A stretch of 64,000 nucleotides of DNA from Podarcis vaucheri. Taxonomy: Eukaryota. Each line of letters begins with the position of its first letter. The first letter of the stretch is position 1. This document shows positions 59,251-64,000 of this stretch, piece after piece. A program made the position numbers and the translations under genes. The stretch lies in the NCBI GenBank assembly GCA_965113315.1, contig OZ220372.1; one strand, 5' to 3'. The notes below the pieces were generated by a model. It saw nothing but the letters and a program-made list of their open reading frames with translations, was not told where the DNA came from and did not search any database.

Positions 59251-61386
59251 CTTTTTCTGCCAACTGCTATTCTCTTAAACACCAGCATTTTCCTCTCATC
59301 AGTGACACATCACAGCTATCATTAGAATGTGCTAGCATTTTTAATTTTGGAAATGTCAACCCCGCTTCCTTATTTTTTTGTTTTTACTACGAAATGTGCT
59401 TTTTTAGCATTCTGCAAGCTTTATTATTCCAAATGCAATAACTTTTCACAGACCACCTATGCTTTTTGTCAAAACTTTTTACCATATTAAATGACAGAAA
59501 TACAGGTAAGATGTTAATTTTACTACAAAATTTTCCCATTCAGAATTATCATTATAAGTAACTTGTAACTTGTGTGCATTTAACTTGTGTGCATTCAGCT
59601 TTCCATGCTTGGTAAAAAGATTTTTTTTTTAATTAAAAAGGGGGCAGCCATTCAGGAAAAAAAGCTTTGGCAATCCCATCCACAACTGAACCCAAAATGT
59701 TTTGAGTATATGCAATTTGGCTTGGAATGTAACCTCCGTGTAAATCAACAGTCACCTGTAATTTGGCCCATTCATTCAATTAGTGGCAAAAGAGGTTGAT
59801 GACACACCACTTTAAATTGTAAATGGCTGAGATCCTGGCCTTCACTTCCATCTCAAAGCAGCCCTATGGGAAAACTGCTGATGAGGACCTATCGGTTACA
59901 AAATATTAAACAAACTGCAGAGGTAACCAGTGAGCTTCTAGCTTCAATTCAATATGCTGACACAATCACAGCTTGCTTTGTGGAGTAACTATCCCCATGA
60001 ATCCCTATGTTGGCTGTAATCATTAGATCAAGCCTTACTCATATTCCCACTACAGCAAGTGAAACAATCCGCAACAAGGAGGAGTTTCTCTGCAACCACC
60101 CACAAGATTGGAAGAAATCCCAAAGATAGATCAAAACTATGTGCTGGCATACTGAACATGTTTTATTATTTTATTTAAAATATGTAGTGCACCTTTTCCC
60201 AAGGTGCCTTGCAATCAAAGTAAAGTCAAACACAATGCTTATCTATGGGTTGGCAGCTAAGATTAATATGATGACCTGGGGGTTTAAGATTTTATTGGTA
60301 GGCTGTGGAAATTTTCCATGAAGCCTACCAAATCTGAATTGTTGTTATACTTCTATATTATGTTGCTTTAGATGTTTTTATTATGCAAAATGCTTTCATA
60401 TAAGAAAAATAGGTATACAATTGTGTTAAATAAATATATTCTGCAATAAGAAAATTTTAGCTGAGGATTTCCTATTGATGGGAATTTAAAAGCTCCTTGA
60501 ATAATCACTTGGGTCATTTCCCAGAACTGACTAATAAAAGCTGTTGGCTGAAAATTTATGATGGAGCGCAGTATCTTTACACTCGCATTTCCTGTAGTCA
60601 TTATTTCAGAAGTCACCAGTCTAACGGGAAACATGGTACTCTTTAAGGCAGATGCCATCAGTTATATTACTTATGGGATAACCATAGCATTATTTTAAAC
60701 AAAGGCAGTGTTGAAGCCATTAACTGAAAAGCTGTGTTCTCTTTTCCCCATAGCTCATGACTTGGTTCACTTCTGCCACTTGCAGCGCTTTTCTAATCTT
60801 TGGCTGTAGGTTTGGCTAATGTGGGTGAATCTTTTGCATGATAAGGTATGAGACTAACAGAACAATTGAAACTCTCAGTCCACTGTGGTTCACCATCTTC
60901 CACCTCCACCCCACTGCTGGCAGAGAAGTCACCCTGTTGAGAAGTGTTCCAATGTCCCTGCCCCCCAAAAAACAATATGCATAAGCTATCACCCACAACC
61001 AAGGGTGCCAACTTGAATAAAATATGGGGGGCAGGTAAGCCCCACCCCACATAACTGATCACAAGACATTGCGAACACACACCATTTGAATGGCAATGGC
61101 TATCAACTTGGGGGGGCTAGCCCCCTCAAATATTTTGTTGGGGGAAGTGTCAAAGGGACCTCAGCCCCTAGGAGTTGGCTCCTATGCCCACGACATCTCC
61201 AGCAGAGGTAGCCAGCAGAAAACCATGAAATGTGAGGGCAATGGGCCAGATGCAGACCTCTTCACTGCATCTGTCTGGGAGTGACAAAAACCACTCATAC
61301 ATCAACTCATCTCAGACTCATTGCCAAGCATGCTCAGATAACATATCCGGTATTCTGTCTAACCACTACTAAATGGAGTTAAACAA

Positions 61387-61551
61387 GGTAAAGGTAAAGG
61401 GACCCCTGACCATTAGGTCCAGTAGTGGCCGACTCTGGGGTTGCAGCGCTCATCTCACTTTATTGGCCGAGGGAGCCGGCATACAGCTTCCGGGTCTTGG
61501 CCAGCATGACTATGCCACTTCTGGTGAACCAGAGCAGCGCACAGAAACGCC
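61387..61551 (-). mobile_element. Sauria SINE, 5'-truncated
   Basis: Same tail and body as 9091-9255; 12-bp TSD GGAGTTAAACAA at 61375-61386 and 61552-61563. Confidence 0.88.
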
Positions 61552-62129
61552 GGAGTTAAACAAACCAAGTAATAATATACTACCATAAACTTAAGTAGTA
61601 GGAATACTACAGACTAGCTATGAGAATAATTAAGATTACATAATTCCCTCTTGGGAGGCTTCAGCTAAATGCATAGTTGTTGGCATCTGTCTGTCTAGAG
61701 AGACAATGGAGTGTGCCTCAAACCACTGCATTATGCATGAATACATAGCTGAGATAATTTCATGATGGTTGCAACCATATATAACTCTGGACATTATCCC
61801 TACCACAAACCTACTTTTAAATTAGAGACTTATATTCCTTATAGATCTGGGTTTTTAACATTGATTTATTTGGTTGAGTTGCATATATTTGTTAATCATT
61901 GTTGCAAACTTCGCTAGAGGGGAGGAACTTTAATTATAATTATGCTTAATTGTTTTTTTAAATGATTTCCCTCCCCCAATGTTTTTAACTGTTCCTATTT
62001 TATCTGCAAGCCGCTTTGAGTCCTTGTCAGGGGAGAAAAGGCGGGTTGTAAATAAATATATAATTTTTTTTAAAAAAAACGTATTTGCACTGACTTGCAG
62101 AGCAGGGTTACCTCTTAAGCCCCCTACCC

Positions 62130-63790
62130 CACAAACTCGCGGTGGAGCCGAATATTAATCGACCCCACCCTCAAAGAGGCCACATTTCCCGGGGCCCCGT
62201 GAGACGATTTTCCTCTCGGAAACACCAACGAAGGTTCGCCCTGATCAACGCGGCTTTACCATTTCGGGCGTCTAAGACAGAAAGAAGGCACGAGAGAGAG
62301 CCTCTTACGGGGGGCCGGGAAGGGCAAAGGCGTGCATTGAAGGAGTCGGGGAGATCGAACACCTCCCCCCCTTTTGTGTCAACTTGGTGACTTCCGCTCT
62401 CCAGTTACCTGCACGTAAACGGCGGGCAACGGCAGCCACCGCAGAACCTCCTCCCAGCACCAAATCTTCAGTCAGGGGCGCCGCTACGGCAAGCGAACCA
62501 AGGCAAAATTCCCGCTCGCGGCGGGCGCGCTTGCGCAATATCTCGCCCTAAGCCCGTGGGAGGAGCCTCTACGTAGCGCGCCCGCGCGAGTCAGAATTGG
62601 AGCGGCCCCGCCAGTGGTGTGTGGCGGCAGCGAGGAGGGGGGGACAGGGGGGCAGACCAGGAATCTGGGACGTGTCTGGGAAGAGGCGGCGTGGATTGGC
62701 GAGGGGAGGCGGGAACGATATTCGGCAGGCGAACGCCTATTGGCCAGGAGGCGGGACCGCCGCGCGACTAACGCGATTGGCTTCCGAAGGGCTGGCAGGG
62801 AAGGTGGGCGGGGACACGAAGCGCTACGGAGAGCGGAGGGGCCAAGAAGAGGGTCGTGAGCGGGTGAGCTTGTGGTGGTTGGCGGGCGGAGGGAGGGAGG
62901 GAGGGGGGCGAGTGGGAAGGCTTGTAAGCGGAGCATGCTGGGTGTAGTACGAGTGAATCGATCGATCCCATCGATGGTCGCGTGAGGCGGGCGGGGCGGG
63001 GCGGGCGTGTGAGGGAAGAAGAGGTCTTAAGCGTGTCGCGCGCGCCGGCGAAGAGCGAGGGGAGGCAGGGCTCGCGCCAGGGGAGAGGCGGGGCTTGGTG
63101 TTCGCCTCGCGCCGGGGGCGCGGGCGGGGAGCTGCTCGCTCGGGTGAGGAGGAGCCGGAGCGCCAGCCGTGAGGGGAGCAGCGGGCGGAGGAAGACCAGC
63201 CTGCTCGGTGCCGCCGCCACAGCAGCTGACAGACAGTGGCAGGGACTCTCAGCCGACCCGGAGGCAGGTCAGAGAACTGGGCCTGTGTGCGGCGTGTGGG
63301 GTGAAGCCGACGGTGGTCGAGATGAGGGTCTCGACGAGGGTCTGTGTCGCTGAGGGAAGGGGGGAAGGTCGGGTGGGGCCTGCCCGCCTGCCTCTGCCGG
63401 GCGTGTGGTCATAGTTGGCACCCCTTGACCCGGGGCCTATCAGCTACTCCACGGAAGCGGGAGGGAGAGGCCCGTCCCCTCCACACGAGCCGGGCATCCA
63501 CGTTCCGGGAAAAGGTGCTCCATCCAGGATGCCTCCTCTTCCCCGCCCCCCACCCTAAACTGGCTCTGCCGAGGCTCCCTTCCTTGCTCAGAACCGTGGC
63601 CTCTCCCTCGACCCCACCCCGTTAGTATGAGGCGGCGGCGGGGAGGTGGACGAGCCCCACCTGTCAGCCTCGTCGGCAACAGCCAGTGAAATAATTTTTT
63701 TCTTTTGTTAGGGGGAGGATAGCAAAACGGATTTGCGGACATGGGCGCACCTATTGTTGCGGCTTCTCGCCCGGCGCTGCAGCCCTTTTG
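62130..63790. promoter_or_regulatory. CpG island; RAD52 promoter, probably bidirectional with a + strand gene (ERC1 expected by synteny)
   Basis: Sharp rise in GC and CpG. ATTGG (CCAAT) boxes at 62596, 62695, 62739 and 62776; E2F-like TTCCCGC at 62509 and GGCGGGAA at 62708; GC boxes near 62990. Splice donors face outward on both strands. Confidence 0.85.
62409..62520 (-). other. RAD52: Putative RAD52 non-coding exon 1 (5' end uncertain)
   Basis: Minus-strand donor CAG|GTAACT at 62409/62408 in the CpG island; the coding exon has only 2 nt of UTR before the ATG, so an upstream exon is required. Confidence 0.5.
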
Positions 63791-64000
63791 CACATCCTGA
63801 CAGCTGATGCTACTCTTCGATAGGTGGCTTGATAAATGCACAGTGGATCATGCAGTCTCGTAGCCTTCACTGCCTCATGTTAGCAACTGTTAACCTTGGG
63901 GTGGATGCGATCATCATCTTTTTCTGTGGCTGGCAGCCCATTAGTGTAACAAGGTGCTCGCTTTTTGTTTCCTTGAGCGGGCTGATGGTTCAAAGCATTG

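Noticed and set aside
62142-63841. Several overlapping 60-150-aa ORFs
   Set aside because: Expected from stop-codon scarcity in a CpG island; R/G/P/A-biased with no recognisable domain.

Overview
Eukaryotic genomic DNA, almost certainly from a squamate reptile and probably a lacertid lizard (Sauria SINE, BovB, CR1-tailed tRNA SINEs). The + strand carries the 3' part of WNK1, from the neural cassette exons 8b and HSN2 through exons 9-28, including the small cassette exons 26a and 26b. Its stop codon is at 42781-42783 and its 3' UTR runs to about 45.1-45.27 kb. The - strand carries a complete, convergent RAD52 gene: 11 coding exons, 1209 nt including the stop, 402 aa, with ATG at 57015. Its promoter lies in a CpG island at about 62.1-63.8 kb that is probably bidirectional (ERC1 expected by vertebrate synteny). 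I assigned all exons by hand from GT-AG sites, phase continuity and remembered mammalian protein sequences; no database was searched. I see no prokaryote-type novel system. The best leads are: (1) two phase-compatible candidate WNK1 exons beside 26a/26b; (2) apparent absence of both NEDD4-2 PY motifs while a miR-192 site is kept; (3) a MITE nested in a Sauria SINE, built of hairpin units with an inverted spacer; (4) a 1.1-kb end-complete non-autonomous L1-like element with an 18-bp TSD.
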